A stretch of DNA of 64,000 nucleotides. It comes from Octopus vulgaris (taxonomy: Eukaryota). The translations under genes were made by a program, and so were the position numbers. The DNA lies in assembly GCA_951406725.2 (NCBI GenBank), contig OX597819.1:75144001-75208000 (forward strand), read 5' to 3'. Numbering within the stretch: position 1 is the first letter of the stretch; each line of letters opens with the position of its first letter. Of this stretch, positions 26,061-39,722 are shown in pieces. The notes beneath the pieces were generated by a model. That model searched no databases, had not been told where the DNA came from, and saw only the letters and a list, made by a program, of their open reading frames with translations.

Positions 26061-26489
26061 GGATCATTTCGGTTTGAACAGCAGTTTTTTCTAGCGGTGT
26101 CATATGAAGTTGTCACCCATAATTATGACCCTAGTATCGATCTATTGCATTTCAATCTATTTTAGGGTTAGGTTTAGTTAGGATTAGGGGTGGGGGGAAG
26201 GGTATATTTTTTTTCTTCACAAATGTAAATAAACCCAATCTGTTTCTTAAACGAGGGACATATTCATACGGCACAGAATGTTTTTTTAACTCAATACACA
26301 TCATTGATTGGTTGAAATTGCAGAAATTGAAGAAAAAAACCCACAAATATCTTACAAACTATAGAATTTTCTCAATAAAGCCAAGAGAAAAAGATGTTTT
26401 ATAAACACATTCTACCAATATACGAAGTTTAAAATTTTTTAGTTACCTAGAAATTATGTTAAAAACTGCCGTTCAAACCGAAAAGATCC
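26061..26489. mobile_element. Non-autonomous TIR element (MITE), Merlin-like
   Basis: 29-bp TIRs GGATC(A/T)TTTCGGTTTGAAC(A/G)GCAGTTTTT with 2 mismatches. Perfect 8-bp TSD CTCATCTC (26053-26060, 26490-26497). GG termini plus an 8-bp TSD fit Merlin. Confidence 0.85.
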
Positions 26490-28329
26490 CTCATCTCAAG
26501 TAAGTAATGCTGGTTTCTTACAGCGACGCATCTAACAGAGGAGGAGCATACTCTGGTGAATCGAATTTCAGTATGTTGGTGATACTTGTTTTAGCAGGTC
26601 ATTTTATTTGACTCTATGAATTCTGTTTTTCACCATCTTTTCTCCATTTCATATTTGAACGATAAAAGTGCGAGCCCCGTGAGTCAGAGTGGCTGTTGCA
26701 GTGAATCTCCCTCGCCATCCTCCGGGCAACGTCTTTTCCTTTTTGTCTGCTGGGACCCTGAGGCGATCTGAATTATAGAAAATGGATACAATGTAAGGAT
26801 TTCATAGCTTAATCACAATTAATTTGTCATTCTATAGGTAACTTCGTCATTTTAAGCCCACTATTTCCCCCTAGATATTTAAGGCAAGCCGTTGTTATTG
26901 TTTAGCCCGATGAGGTCAGCTCTGATCAAGCGGGCTTGTGATCAAAGATATTCTGACAGTGATCATTTTTCTTCCTTAATTTTTTTGTTTGTTTGTTATT
27001 GTTTTTCAAGACATTATCCAACGTGTACTTTTTAAAGATAGTATGGTATTAGAGGAGATACAGCTACAATTTCAAGCAGATTGAGCATTGGGGATCCTCT
27101 GCTAGTGTTTGTATAGCATATAGTTTTCGTTGATTTGGAGCTATATGAGAAAGTTATGGTCGAGTTGTCATGAAATTCCGTGCAAAATTCTGATTTCTTG
27201 TAAGATTCCAGAGAGCGGTAGCTTAGGCAAATATCTCCTCCAATAACTTTGAGTTGACCCAAGCCTTATGAATGAAATTGGGCAGTTGAGAACTGCAGAA
27301 GTCCGTCGAATGATTGTGTACCTGTTTTCGAAAGTAGATTTAAACCGTCACCCGATTTAACACTACGACCTGATTCTTGGGTGCCTTGAGCGGAGTTCTC
27401 TCTACTCTCTGCTTCTAATATTCAGATGATCTCTCGTCCAAGGTAAGTTAACTCACTATCTTGACTTATTATTTCCTGTACTGTTGCTGCTAGAGGGCTG
27501 GTGTGGATTATTGCACCCTTTTCTCCGACTGTCTCAAAGGTCGCACAAAGATCCTGCATGCTATTCTTCCTCCTCTATTTAAGCCATAAAAAATACCCCC
27601 TTTGACCAAAGTATTTGAATTCTAGTGGCTATTTCATCAGTCCTTGCATATGATTCTTCTATAACATTATTTATATAACGACTTCTATCCCTCTACAACG
27701 TTATTCTAAGACTAACATCCTTATATACAGAGGTTGGCGGGTGAGTGTGATTACATAAATATCTACAGATACAAGCACATAAACAAATTGTATGACCACT
27801 GATTATAAGATATGCTCGGTAATTCTGCCCTTACAGAGGCTCAGATAATTTTTTTACAATTTTAAGGACCAAAATCACGAGTTACCACAACTAATTTTCT
27901 TTAAAAATAATATATATTTGGTTTGACTCCTTAATATGCCCAGTCCCTCCTGCCGACATTTTTCCGTCTCATCAGCATACCTTTCTTAACAACCCCTATC
28001 CACATCCTCCGTACGTACACCATTTCAATTGATCTGGGTCTTGATATAAATTTTAATCCTTCCAGTGATACAGCTCCATTTCTTCAGCATTACATCTCTA
28101 CTCTTTCCTTTTTTTTCTCATTTCCACTCTTACGTCTGAAAAAATATCTGAAAAAATATGTCCGCTGCTTTATGCTAACGCTCTCAATATTTTTCAGATT
28201 CTACTACATTAATTTTACGTGTGAGTTTTCTAGTCTGACACCATTGCTTTGCGATTTAACTACAAACGTGTACAAATTGAGGCATTACCTTAATCAAGAT
28301 AACTGGAAAGGAGTCATTGAGGAGAAGTT

Positions 28330-29800
28330 AAAGCAGTAGTGCGAAAAGAAATCGTAAAAGGATTACTATAGACTTAAATTTTGACGTCTTAATAAAGTTT
28401 GATGCGAGAGAAAATCTCAGCAGTATAGTAAATACATTGATGTCTGCAACGTCTACTGTGGGAAAAGATACATAATAATGAAAATAAAATAGGCCAAGTG
28501 CACAAACAACTACTTTTGTGGATTTGAATGGCTCTAGAATGTTTGAATAGATTATTAAACTGGCCGTAAAGTGCCGATAGACATAGGAGTCATTCAAACT
28601 TTCGTTTGGATGACGATTTGTGTGACGGTTTGCAATATCAGATACAGAACCTTTCTCTGGCTAGCAAAAGACACTTTGAAAGGGTTAAGAGGCGCCATAT
28701 TTTGCACAGCAATAAAATGACCGGTGAAGCTTCCAGTATTGCTATAGAGATTGCAACCAATTATCCTGAGGAGCTGAAAAAGAATTATTGATGAAGGAGG
28801 CTACACACAAAAAAAAGTCAACGTTAGTAAAACTGGGCTTTCTTGGAAGCACATGCCGAGTAAGAAAAATTAACAAGTTTACAAACTTCCAAAACTTGTC
28901 TGACGCTTCTTGTAAGAGGAAATGCTGCTGATGATATGCAATTCAAGTCCTTACTGATGTATCATCCAGAAAATCCGGACTTACAAGTGTTACGCTTAGT
29001 TTAATCAACGTCTGATTTGACGTTCAAATAAGGCTTGTGTGAATGTAAGCCTTTTCAAAGCGTGGTTTATAAACTTTATTTGCCACACTGTAGAAAGGTA
29101 CGGTGCCAGGCGTAATATTTCCAACAAACATTCTTCCTTTTAGACAATGCACCAATGCATTCCCAAGGACACAATATATTTGCTCCGGCCCTTGGACCAA
29201 GGTGTTATAGCTAACTTTAAAGCATATTATCTAAGAAGGACTCTGAAATAAATCATTAAAAAGATTGATGGACAAGATAAGCTTTCAGTTAGAGATTACT
29301 GAAAATAGTTCAACATTATGATGCCAGCAGAGTTAAGGAATTACGTGAAACCCTCTGCTATGAATGGTGTTTGGAAGAAAATATGGTCAGACTGAATCTG
29401 TGGCTTTATAGGTTCTTTTTGTTTTTCTTTTTAACTAATAGAATATCTGCATCAAGTTCAGCAGGATATTGTAACACTAGCAAACGATGTAGAATTGAAT
29501 AGTCGAGGATGATAAGTGTGAGTTGCTAAAGTACCAGACAGAACGTTTGCCTAATGAGAAACAAATGCTTTTAGGACAAGAATGAGCTGCAGAGTAAGAA
29601 GAGAATATAGAAGCCTCATCCACTACACCACAGAGATTGCAAAAATATGGCTAAAGGATTGTCGCTTATAGAGGAAAGCTTGCAATCCTTTACTGATAAC
29701 GATTCTAATCGTGAATGTTATAAAAATTAGGAGAGCTTATAATGAGTATATTTCCTACACTGAGCTGTACAAAGGAGTGGTGTACTGTAAATGTCAAAAA
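28330..29800 (+). pseudogene. pogo/Tigger (CENP-B-like) transposase pseudogene
   Basis: Fragments across frames: ASKRHFERVKRR..TGEASS..YPEELKK..DEGGY; LTLLVRGNAADD; LLDNAP; PLDQGVIANFKAYYLRRT. Many stops and frameshifts. Confidence 0.85.
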
Positions 29801-30012
29801 AAAAAAGGAAGTTATTCACTCCTGTTACAGATGCTAACGACAATGATCTTCAGAGCAGTAGCTCCCATTATACTAGATTTATTACGCAGTAATGAACATA
29901 TTTTGTGATGAGTACGTACCCTACTAGAATATGCTGCATCATTCTTAATTATTTCCTAAAGTACTTCGCTTAAAATGTTTATTGTATATACATTTTGTAT
30001 TATTCTTCTGTT

Positions 30013-30207
30013 CTTGAATTTGTTTCAATCATTTGACTGCGGCCATGCTGGAGCACCGCCTTTAGTCGAAACAAATCGACCCCAGGACTTATTCTTTGTA
30101 AGTCTAGTACTTATTTTATCGGTCTCTTTCGCCGAACCGCTAAGTTACGGGGACGTAAACAAACCAGCATCGGTTGTCAAGCGATACTGGGGGACAAACA
30201 CAGACAT

Positions 30208-30251
<44 letters not shown>

Positions 30252-30411
30252 GGCGGGCTTCTTTCAGTTTCCGTCTACCAAATCCACTCACAAGGCTTTG
30301 GTCAGCCCGAGGCTATAGTAGAAGACACATGCCCAAGGTGCCACGCAGTAGGACTAAACCTGTAACCATGTGGTTGGTAAGCAAGCTACTTACCACACAG
30401 CCACTCCTGCA
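30013..30411 (-). mobile_element. Full-length SINE family A
   Basis: Near-identical to 5739-6173; CpGs retained. Confidence 0.9.
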
Positions 30412-31321
30412 TGTTTTTATGCATTAAAATTGTTTTGTTTTTTTTTATTAATTTTGTTTTCGTAAACATTCCGTCAACAGGCATCTTAATTTATTACATG
30501 GAAATCAATGAGAAAATATATTCCTCGGTACAGAATTGTGCGTTACGGCAAGAGTTTCAGGAATGCAATACTTTTTGTAATGCAGTGATACCAGTTAAAA
30601 TACTAGTATTCCACATCTTCAGGAACAGCTGAGTCTAGTAAATAGGTTCGACTGCTGAATGAAACTCATTGTAAAAAAAACAGAAAACACATCTGGATTC
30701 CCCAACATCCCATTTCCACCCAATTATATATAAAACCGAGACTAATTAAATAAAATCAATAATTGTTACATTGTGTGCCGAGTTTATGAACCAGTATCGA
30801 TTCCCGATTGTGCCTGTTTTACTTCCCTTATGTCGCTAATGTTCATTTAAATATCTGAGGCCTTGGGCTGTTGTTTTCTAAGAAATCAATAATGAACGTC
30901 ATAAACGAGCCTTACTACAGTGGAAGTATGCTCTCGCAGACTGAGTCGACAGTCTAGTTTCAATCATCGAGTATAACGATCTGACTTCAATTCAGTCGCT
31001 AATATATCTGAAAAAAAAAAAGGGATGAATGTCACTCAGTCCCATTTTTCGTTACTACGAAATCGAGCTTTAAACTATAAATCACAATTGTTTTGTAATT
31101 CTGTATGTAACCTCATCATTATTTTACAATATTTTCTACGATAATTTGTTGTCGTTTTTATTTACCTCTAGATCAATCCTGATCAAGCAGATCTATGGTT
31201 GAAGGCAAACCGTCATTTTTTTTTTCTTTTGCGGGTTTGCGGTTCAACACAACATTACACAATGAGTACTTACTTCTTTAATAGAGTATGAAAGAAGGAG
31301 CTTTGGCTTTATTTTCTGGCT

Positions 31322-31620
31322 TGGCACTCCGTCATTTACGACGGTGAAAGCTCCAGTTGATTCGAACCTGCTCATGAAATTAATGTGCAAGTGTCTGAGC
31401 ACTCCAGATACGAGTACCCTTAAAGTAGTTCTCAGTGAGACGCATCGAATGTAACAAGGCTGGCCCATTGAACTACCGATACAACTTATTACCACTGAAA
31501 GGACTGGAGCACTGTAAAATAAAGTGTCTGGCTCAACGACTCAATGCGCTGATGGGAATTGAACTCACAGCCATACGATCGTGAGTCGAATACGCTTACC
31601 AGTACGCTACACACCTTCAC
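31322..31620 (-). mobile_element. SINE family C, diverged
   Basis: Colinear with 4154-4477. Confidence 0.85.
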
Positions 31621-32010
31621 TAATTCGTATAAGCAAATTAAACTGTATTAAACTGTGAAACAGTTTCGTAAAGCATCATGTTCGAAATATTCAAACATCA
31701 TTAACAATATAACTCGACGAATTGTCATCCCAGACTTTGGCAGTTCTTCACGTAGAATATTCTGGGGTGGGGCGCAGGCGAATCTTCAGGTGTAAAAAAA
31801 CAGTGGTGATAATTTTCCAGGTAGAGTAAAACAAGGTAAGACTAAAATATTGACCTATTTCATTGATACATCATCACAACCCCCACCACCACTATCACCG
31901 TCACCATCATCATCATCATCATCACCAGTAACATCACCATCACTACTACAACAACCACCAAAGCCACCAACCTACTACGACTACAACCATCAATACAGGG
32001 AATAACAAAG

Positions 32011-32180
32011 AAACCAGCTATATGATATACGCTCGTCAGAGATAGCCGACATGGAAGGGGAAATGGTGACCGCTCTCTACAGTTGGAGATGGAACTGAGC
32101 ACCTCCAACAGTGGAGAGCGGTCGCCATTTCCTCTTCCATGTCGGCTATCTCTGACGAGCGTATCTTATATAACTGGTTT
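32011..32180. repeat. Long inverted repeat (fold-back hairpin): 81-bp arms, 8-nt loop
   Basis: 32011-32091 versus the reverse complement of 32100-32180: 8 mismatches, no indels (manual alignment). Confidence 0.95.
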
Positions 32181-32339
32181 GTTGCCTAACATTCCATTAT
32201 ATAACTTCGCGCGAAACCGATTGGCAAGACCAGCCGTGATGGATAATTAACACTATAAAATTCAGACAATATACCTACTCTACAAGCAGTTATACGAATG
32301 CATCTTTTCCCTGACTTATGGTCTCTTAGACGACTCAAG

Positions 32340-32376
<37 letters not shown>

Positions 32377-33079
32377 GTGTGTGTGTGTGGTGAATCTTGC
32401 AGACATGAAGTGGATTCGATCCACCATAGCCAAATTTAAATTAACACTTCAACAGAACTTTTCTCACGGTGAAACATAGTTTTCTGTGACAGCAGTTTTA
32501 CATTTGCCAGATTGCTTTAGCTAAGCCGAAATAATGTGTTCACCACTTGACCTTTCTAACCTCTCCTAGACCACCAAAAGCTAGAATTAAGATAACAAAT
32601 ACCACCAACTAAATCTATTGTTCTCAATGATATGTCTATCCTCCTGGATAGTTATAAAAGCAAGAACCCCAAGCAAGAATAGGTTAGTCACTTCAGTTAG
32701 TGACTTGGTGACAACTGAGTTAGTCGGATCGTAACAACTCAATCAGTTAGTTAATGAATAACAAACTCGAGTCAGAGACAGCTACCATCAGTTAGGGAGC
32801 AGAACGCTAGAATCATGATCCAAAGCAAGGCAGCAACTAAAGACAATAGCCAAATAGAGAAATGAAATCTACTGTCAGCAGCTATGAGACCCAACTTCTC
32901 ACACTCTCTCACTTATTCACTTTGTCATCTGTGCACATTACCATATCTCTATGTCCTGTTATTATTTTAAAACTAATATAGTGATTTGAGAAAGATTTGA
33001 CTACTATTCTAGTAGGTAGATTGTACAAATAAAGACTCTTTCGTTGGCTTGTTAACAACAGTTATATTTCATATCACAC

Positions 33080-34077
33080 ATGTTGATTTCAGATTTTGGC
33101 ACAACCAGTGTTCGACCCCGAAAAGATGAAAGGCAAAGTCGACCTCGGCGGAATTTGAACTCGGAACGTAAAAACAGACGAAATGCCGCTAAGCATCTTT
33201 CTTGGTGTGCTAACGATTCTGCCAGCTCACCGGCTTATTTTGTGCCACTCGTATTATCAAACCAATAAGTGGGTCACTATGCGGTCGCTTGACCTGCTAG
33301 AAATAGCAATCAAATTTCACTCAAATCATATTCCACTGTCTTGAAAGGAAAGACACTTTGAAGTCCCTGGAGTACACTGCTAGGAGTAAAAAAAAAAGGC
33401 GAGATGGTCACACTTTAAACACTTTTGATCTAATTGAACGTCAATTAGGGGTTAAATGGGAATAAAGTACAACAGCAGTCATATTGCTTTATAACGTACG
33501 TACAAAGTCACACATTTGGAAGGAAGGGGAGAAGACAGTTAACTTAAACCCAGTAATTAACTGGATAGCTCTTTTGTTCTTTTTTTAATCAGGCGCTATG
33601 GAATGCAAAATCGACCTCGATGAAGGGACGCAAGTAAATATATTACAAGTAATTTTTTCAAAGCCTTACCATTTTACGGTCAATAAGTTGCATTGATTTC
33701 TAGTATTGGCACAAGAGTATGGTCGATTAAATTGACAAGTTACATGACTGGCACCTCATCGATTTCGGAAAGCGAAAAGGTAGAGTTGGCCTCGGCAAGA
33801 TTTGAACTCAAATTGTTCAAATTTCGTCGAGTGGACAAATATAAATTTTATAACCAAAATATATATACTAAGTAATCCTTTCTTATTTTCTTCTAAAGGC
33901 AAAGGCCTGGGATCTTAGAGGCAGGGCTAGTCGATTACATCGACCTCTGTGCCCAACCCGAAAGGATGAAAAGGAAAGTCAGCCTCGGCAGAGTTTGAAC
34001 TCAGAAAGTGAAGACGGACGAAATACCTCTTAGCATCTTGTTCGGCATGCTAACGATTCTGCCAATTCGCCACCTTA
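33080..34077 (-). mobile_element. Cluster of family B SINE copies (about 33080-33235, 33690-33850, 33874-34077) with a D repeat between them
   Basis: Repeated GATGAAAGGCAAAGTCGACCTCGGC..TTTGAACTC core. Confidence 0.8.
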
Positions 34078-34859
34078 TAGACTAGCAAATAATAAAAGCA
34101 AAAGAATACATAAACTATAAAAGCAGTTTTAAAATAAATAATCAATTATATTGAAGAAGAAAAGAAACTTAATAGTAAGAATATATGTAAAAGTAATAGC
34201 AAATAAATCAAATACATTATATTCGTTGAACACGATGTTTACAAATGCGGTGATGTACTTCATCTTTTCTGCATTATCTAGTTTAATAATTACGATCGAT
34301 AACGCTGTGATTCAATGACGACACGAATTGGATCACCGTAGACGCAAAGCTCCACTTCAATCAAATCTCAATTCTTCTCACAGTACCAAAGAAGTTTGTG
34401 TTCTGTGCGATAAGGAGAATTAATAATGTTTCGTTGAGCAGGTCTCTTCGCCAGGAAAGAAGGGGGTGAATATGACCCCTTTTGATTTTATTTCCATTAG
34501 TTTTCATCGACATTGACATATTAAAATAGGGTCTAAAAGGGAGATGACTCTGATGTTTTAAATTTTAGACCTTCAATTCTCCTTTAGAGAACAAAACAAA
34601 AATACATTAGCACAATAAGTTTAGCTTACTGTCATTAAATTGTTTGGTTATTATCCATTACGATAATTCTCCATCTGCTTTGTCTATAATAAATGAGGGA
34701 TAAGCATATAATAATAAGGGAAGAAATTTTTTTTTAATTATATAATTAAAATATTTAAGCCAATAATTACTTCTTTCCATAGGCGTGTAAACTTCTCTGG
34801 TAACTTAGAATGAAAAATGAGAAATTTTCGTATTTATTTCGTCATAAATAAAACTAATA

Positions 34860-35160
34860 ACGTGAATTAAGTATAACGCTAACCGGAAAACGAATTGTTA
34901 TTGTCAGTTACCCGATGGTCTTACCGTCAACATGTCTGTGGCTGATAGGCGCGCACACACACATTCGCGTCATTGGTTAGTGGGTGTCAAACTGGTTGTT
35001 ACACGTGTCGTTCAGTGAATTCGGGAAAACGTGACGACGGTGGTGGTGGTGTTATTTTTTTTTTGGAGGTGGGACGTGAACGCTGTTCTGAATGCTTATA
35101 AATTGAGTGAAATAAGCTGGCTTCGAACGAAAATCGAAACTGCGCCAAAGGTAGAGCAAG
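34860..35160 (+). promoter_or_regulatory. Candidate Pol II promoter and non-coding first exon
   Basis: Repeat-free, CpG-rich island with CCGGAA (34883), CGTCA and reverse CCAAT (34968-34976), CACGTG (35002), TCAGT Inr-like (35012) and a possible donor AAAG/GTAGAG (35151). Motif evidence only. Confidence 0.35.
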
Positions 35161-35434
35161 TACGTCGGGAGCTTGATTCTTGCATCACTGAGCTCAAGTT
35201 CATTAGGAAGATTTATTTATAGATATTTCTTATACTGTCGTAAGAGAGTGACATAAGAGAAATGTAAACGAGAGGGTGGAACCCTTTATAAATGTATGTG
35301 TGTGTGTAGATATACATAGATAATAAACCTTATATACACATATGTACATATATATTCATACACATACATATTTATACACAAGAGATAAAATACTTTTAAA
35401 TATATATATATACGGGGTGGGGTGTACAGTGTAC

Positions 35435-35475
<41 letters not shown>

Positions 35476-37020
35476 TATATATATATATTTATATATATAT
35501 ATACGTGTGTACATATACAATGTATATACACACGTGTATGTGACGCTTTATAAGTGGAACGTATAGAACAATGTAAAAGTTAAGCGATAAGACAATGTAG
35601 TTAATTAGATGGTGTCAATTATTTCTGGAGTTCAACCGAGGATGACAAACACAGGTGCTATCACATGTTACATGGGAATGATGTCTTTAAAGTGGGTAGA
35701 AGTGGGTGCCTTTGAATAAAGTGAACAACGTGCGTGTGTTTGTGAAATAATCCTAAATCATTTTGAGCGGACCTGAATAGAGTAGATTACAAAAAAAAAA
35801 AAAAAAAAAAAAAGCCGTGGATGTGTAAATATTTAAAATATACACCAGATCCTGGTTGTGGGGACCAAGCCTTAGGCTCTTTTGGGTGTGCTGGGTATCA
35901 GAGAGCAAAGCCAGCAATTTTTTTCTTCTTTTTTCTCTTTTCAAATACACCAATTGATATAAATATATATACGTAAATGTGTAGGTGTAACCATATTGAC
36001 TGCTGAGCGTCAATGACGCAAAGGGCGAGTGAAAAAGAATGTACAATAGAGTGAATATACGAATGCCTCTGTGCGTGTGTAACGTGCGAGCTGGCGTATA
36101 CGCATTGTATGTGTAGGTGAAAAAGAATGTCAAGATATAGAGAATCTATCGTTGAGTATTATATGTGTGTGAGGGTGTATGTCTGTACCTTTGTCTCTCT
36201 CAATGAAAATAATATAGGCTACCATGCATTGTACGTTTTACGGAAGTAGTTATTTCATCGAATTTAAGTTATTTTTGGATTTACTGAAACGACTACAGGT
36301 TATATATAGATATAATTACTCTTGATATTGTTATTGCTGTTACCAGTGGTGACAAAGTAAAATTGAGGATCTCCGTCGGTTTTCGACGATGACTATTCAG
36401 TTGTTCGATCAATTTCACAACTCTCTCATTAAATTAGCTTGTGAAATGGCCAATTAATTCACTGAAGATGTACTCATCACATAATTCTCAAGCAGAGTCG
36501 TCGCTGACAGTGGCGTGTCATGTCGGACTTTTAAATTGCAGATACAATCCAAATAAACGGCTTCCAAGAAGTTTCCGTCTACTGTTTCACTCGCTCGGCG
36601 TGGGTCGAACAGAAGCTATGGTAAATGAGAAATGCCCAGGATGTCCTGCAGTGCGATGGAATTCGGAAACTCTGGATTGCGAAGTGAATTTCTCAACCAT
36701 TCGGCCATATTTTGACCTTTTCCTTGTTTCAGTCATTGAACTACAGCCATGCTAAGGCATTACCTTGAATGGTTTAATCGAACAAATCGACCCTAATACA
36801 TTTTTAAAGAAGTCTGGTACTTATTTTATCGAACTCTTTTTTGCCTTAAACTTATCTTCATTAATGTATCTCGAATTATACATAATTATATAGAAGACTT
36901 ACACAGATATAAGAGTTAGAACTTGTGAGACGCCCGGGGACCTTTTTCTTCGGAAATTTTTGCCCGACGCACTAATAAGTTTCCCCACCCCTGATATATA
37001 TATATATATATATATATATA

Positions 37021-37442
37021 GGTAAAGGGTAAAGATCCCCTTTGGTCATGAATGACCATGGGATTGCACCTAGAAAGTTACTCTCCTTGGCACAAGTCTG
37101 GGCAGGATTGTTTATGGAAGACCATGCATACCAGCCTCCCCTCCCCTGATGTTATACAAAGGAAAGGCAAAGGCTGATACAGCTTGGCACTAGTGACGTC
37201 GCAACTTGTTTCTACAACTGGAGCAACTGAAAATAGTGAGCCCGACTCTCTAACCACTGAGCCATGCTCACAATCATGAGATAGTGAGTTCGATTCCGGA
37301 CCGAACTGTGTGTTGTGTTCTTAAGTAAGACACTTCTTTTTAGTTGCTCCAATTGTAGAAATGAGTTGCGACGTCACTAGTGCCAAGCTGTATCGGCCTT
37401 TCCTTTGGATGACATCAGGAGAGGAGAGGCTGGTATGCATGG
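37021..37442. mobile_element. Family F SINE with inverted partial duplication (head-to-head)
   Basis: About 37122-37233 is the reverse complement of about 37336-37442. Confidence 0.85.
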
Positions 37443-38683
37443 ACGGTTTTCCACACAGTTTTCGTCAACCAAAATTGCTCTCAAAGTATTGGTCAACCCA
37501 GAACAATAGTAGAAGACACTTGCTCAAGGTACCTGCTGTAAGACTGAACCCGAAACCACTTGATTGCAAAGCGATCTTTTTAACCACATTGGCTTGCTTG
37601 CAGCCATACTAGAGTTATATTTGATACACATACAAAGCTTTAAATTTACTGGAACAACAAATAAGAGTGTATAATATTCATACCGACTGTAGGGATGTAC
37701 TTGAAAAAATGTAATGACTTAACTGAAACAGAAACCGTACTAGATTCTCAAAAACTGTTTACTAACAACTTACTAGACTTTTGCTCTCTAGTGTTCATCA
37801 TGAGCAAGAACCACTTGCGCCCATTTTTAAGAGAATTATGAAGATCAAAAGCATATACATGCATTTATCTATACGTTTCTAAATTTTATCATGAATTATT
37901 ATTCAATAAATATCAGCTATAGAATCTATATTGTAATAAAAACCATATATCCCTGTCCGTCCGTCACCTGCTGCTTTGATGGTTTCATGAAACGAGATAT
38001 TTTGTAGAATTAAGAAAATGTTCTATCCTGACGTTATTTCAATCACGATTGTTCACCTCAGAAGAGGTCACATATTTGACATTTTCTTCCTTTGCTCTAT
38101 ATTTCGGTTAAAAATTTCGATACATAGAATTATGACATCATAACTTGTTCATTTCTTTTACGCGATTCATTATTTTCAAGTAATTTGTTTGATGAAACTA
38201 GATAAAAACAGGGAATTTATTCAGTTAAATTCATACATATAACCTAAGGAAAAATAAGGTTGGGGTTTTATTTTTGATTAAAGGTGTATTTATTTTCACA
38301 CCTTTTTACCATAACAGAGATTTCTTTTTCTCCACGGTAACTGCAGTCTATTTGCCTTTAGCAGTTGAAATATGTGACAAACATATTTCAACTAACCTAA
38401 ATCGTGATTATACGTAAACACTCTGTTAAGCACATTTACTCTGATATCGAAACGTAGAGTAGATGAAACCATGGCGACTGAAGAAGGGGTTTTTTCTTTG
38501 TGTTATTTGTCCTGTACTCTATTTTTTTGTTGTTTAAGAAAAATGTCCAGTTCCTTGTGTTTGTGTCTATGTTTTCGTTTCTCATTGTGTTCGACGTTTT
38601 TTTTGTGAACTGTACTCATATATGCGTGTATATATTACATGTAGAGATAGATACGTACATATATGTATATATATATGCATATG

Positions 38684-38723
<40 letters not shown>

Positions 38724-38727
<4 letters not shown>

Positions 38728-39722
38728 TAATAAATATTAGGGAATAAATCCAAACTTACAGGGAAAAATCAGATTTAGGATTGAATCCAATTTTATATTA
38801 AAATATTATATTATATTAAATTAGAGACAAAACCACTATTAGGCAAATCAAACAATGAAAAACTTAAGCCAATACATAAGATTATTTAATTTATATTATT
38901 TAAATATATAACAAAATTATTTAAAAAAATATAATTAATATCACACTACGATCGTTTCATGCCTGCTAACTTCTTCAAATTTTTGAGTCGCAGTCGTTCA
39001 TCAGGTGGTTTAAATATCTAAAATACAATCAATATTTTTAAGATATAAATAATATATATAATATAATAATTTTACTTATAATAAACTCTATTATTAAATA
39101 TGATTATATCGAAATCGACTATAATGTTAAATATTAACTTTAATTTATAAGGTAGAAAACCCATAATCTAATATCAATATTAGTCTATATCTAATTACAT
39201 AAATATTTAAAATGACTAATATATATAAATTATCAATGAAAATATATATAAATATTATAATCAAGATCTAAAATAATCTCTATAAATAATTGTATATAAT
39301 GAAAACCTAATAAATTTAATTTTTCATATTTAAAGATGAAATAGCTAATTTCAAAATATAAATAAACTAACTTAAACGGACTTTCAAAATCTTATGTAAA
39401 ATACTTATAGAAATATTCAATTCTTAGTAATATAGTATCAAATAAATACTATAAGTACTATAAATATAATTATGAATGGGAATAATTACCTAATATAAAT
39501 TATGCTATTAAATTAGACATGGCCTAGACCAATCTTTAGTCGAAACATATCTAATTTTATCAAAGTCTATCTAATTTATTTAATATCTAATAACATAGAA
39601 AATTACGATAATTAGATCATTACATAAACAACAATATTTACATAAGGAGAATATTATTACTCCAAAGGCTTATACAATATTAAAATTTACAATTTGAAGA
39701 TCTTAAAAAGATACATACTTAT

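Noticed and set aside
26161-26197. Interstitial telomere
   Set aside because: Only a few degenerate units, internal to a MITE.
27425-27450. Short AG...AAG/GTAAGT micro-exon candidate
   Set aside because: An isolated splice-like match is expected by chance in 64 kb, and there is no supporting frame.
38437-38490. TACTC-TGATATC-GAAAC-GTA-GAGTA, and CTGA(A/T)GAA half motifs here and near 12831
   Set aside because: Stem II or the GAAAC half is missing. Possibly Penelope-type relics, but not callable as ribozymes.
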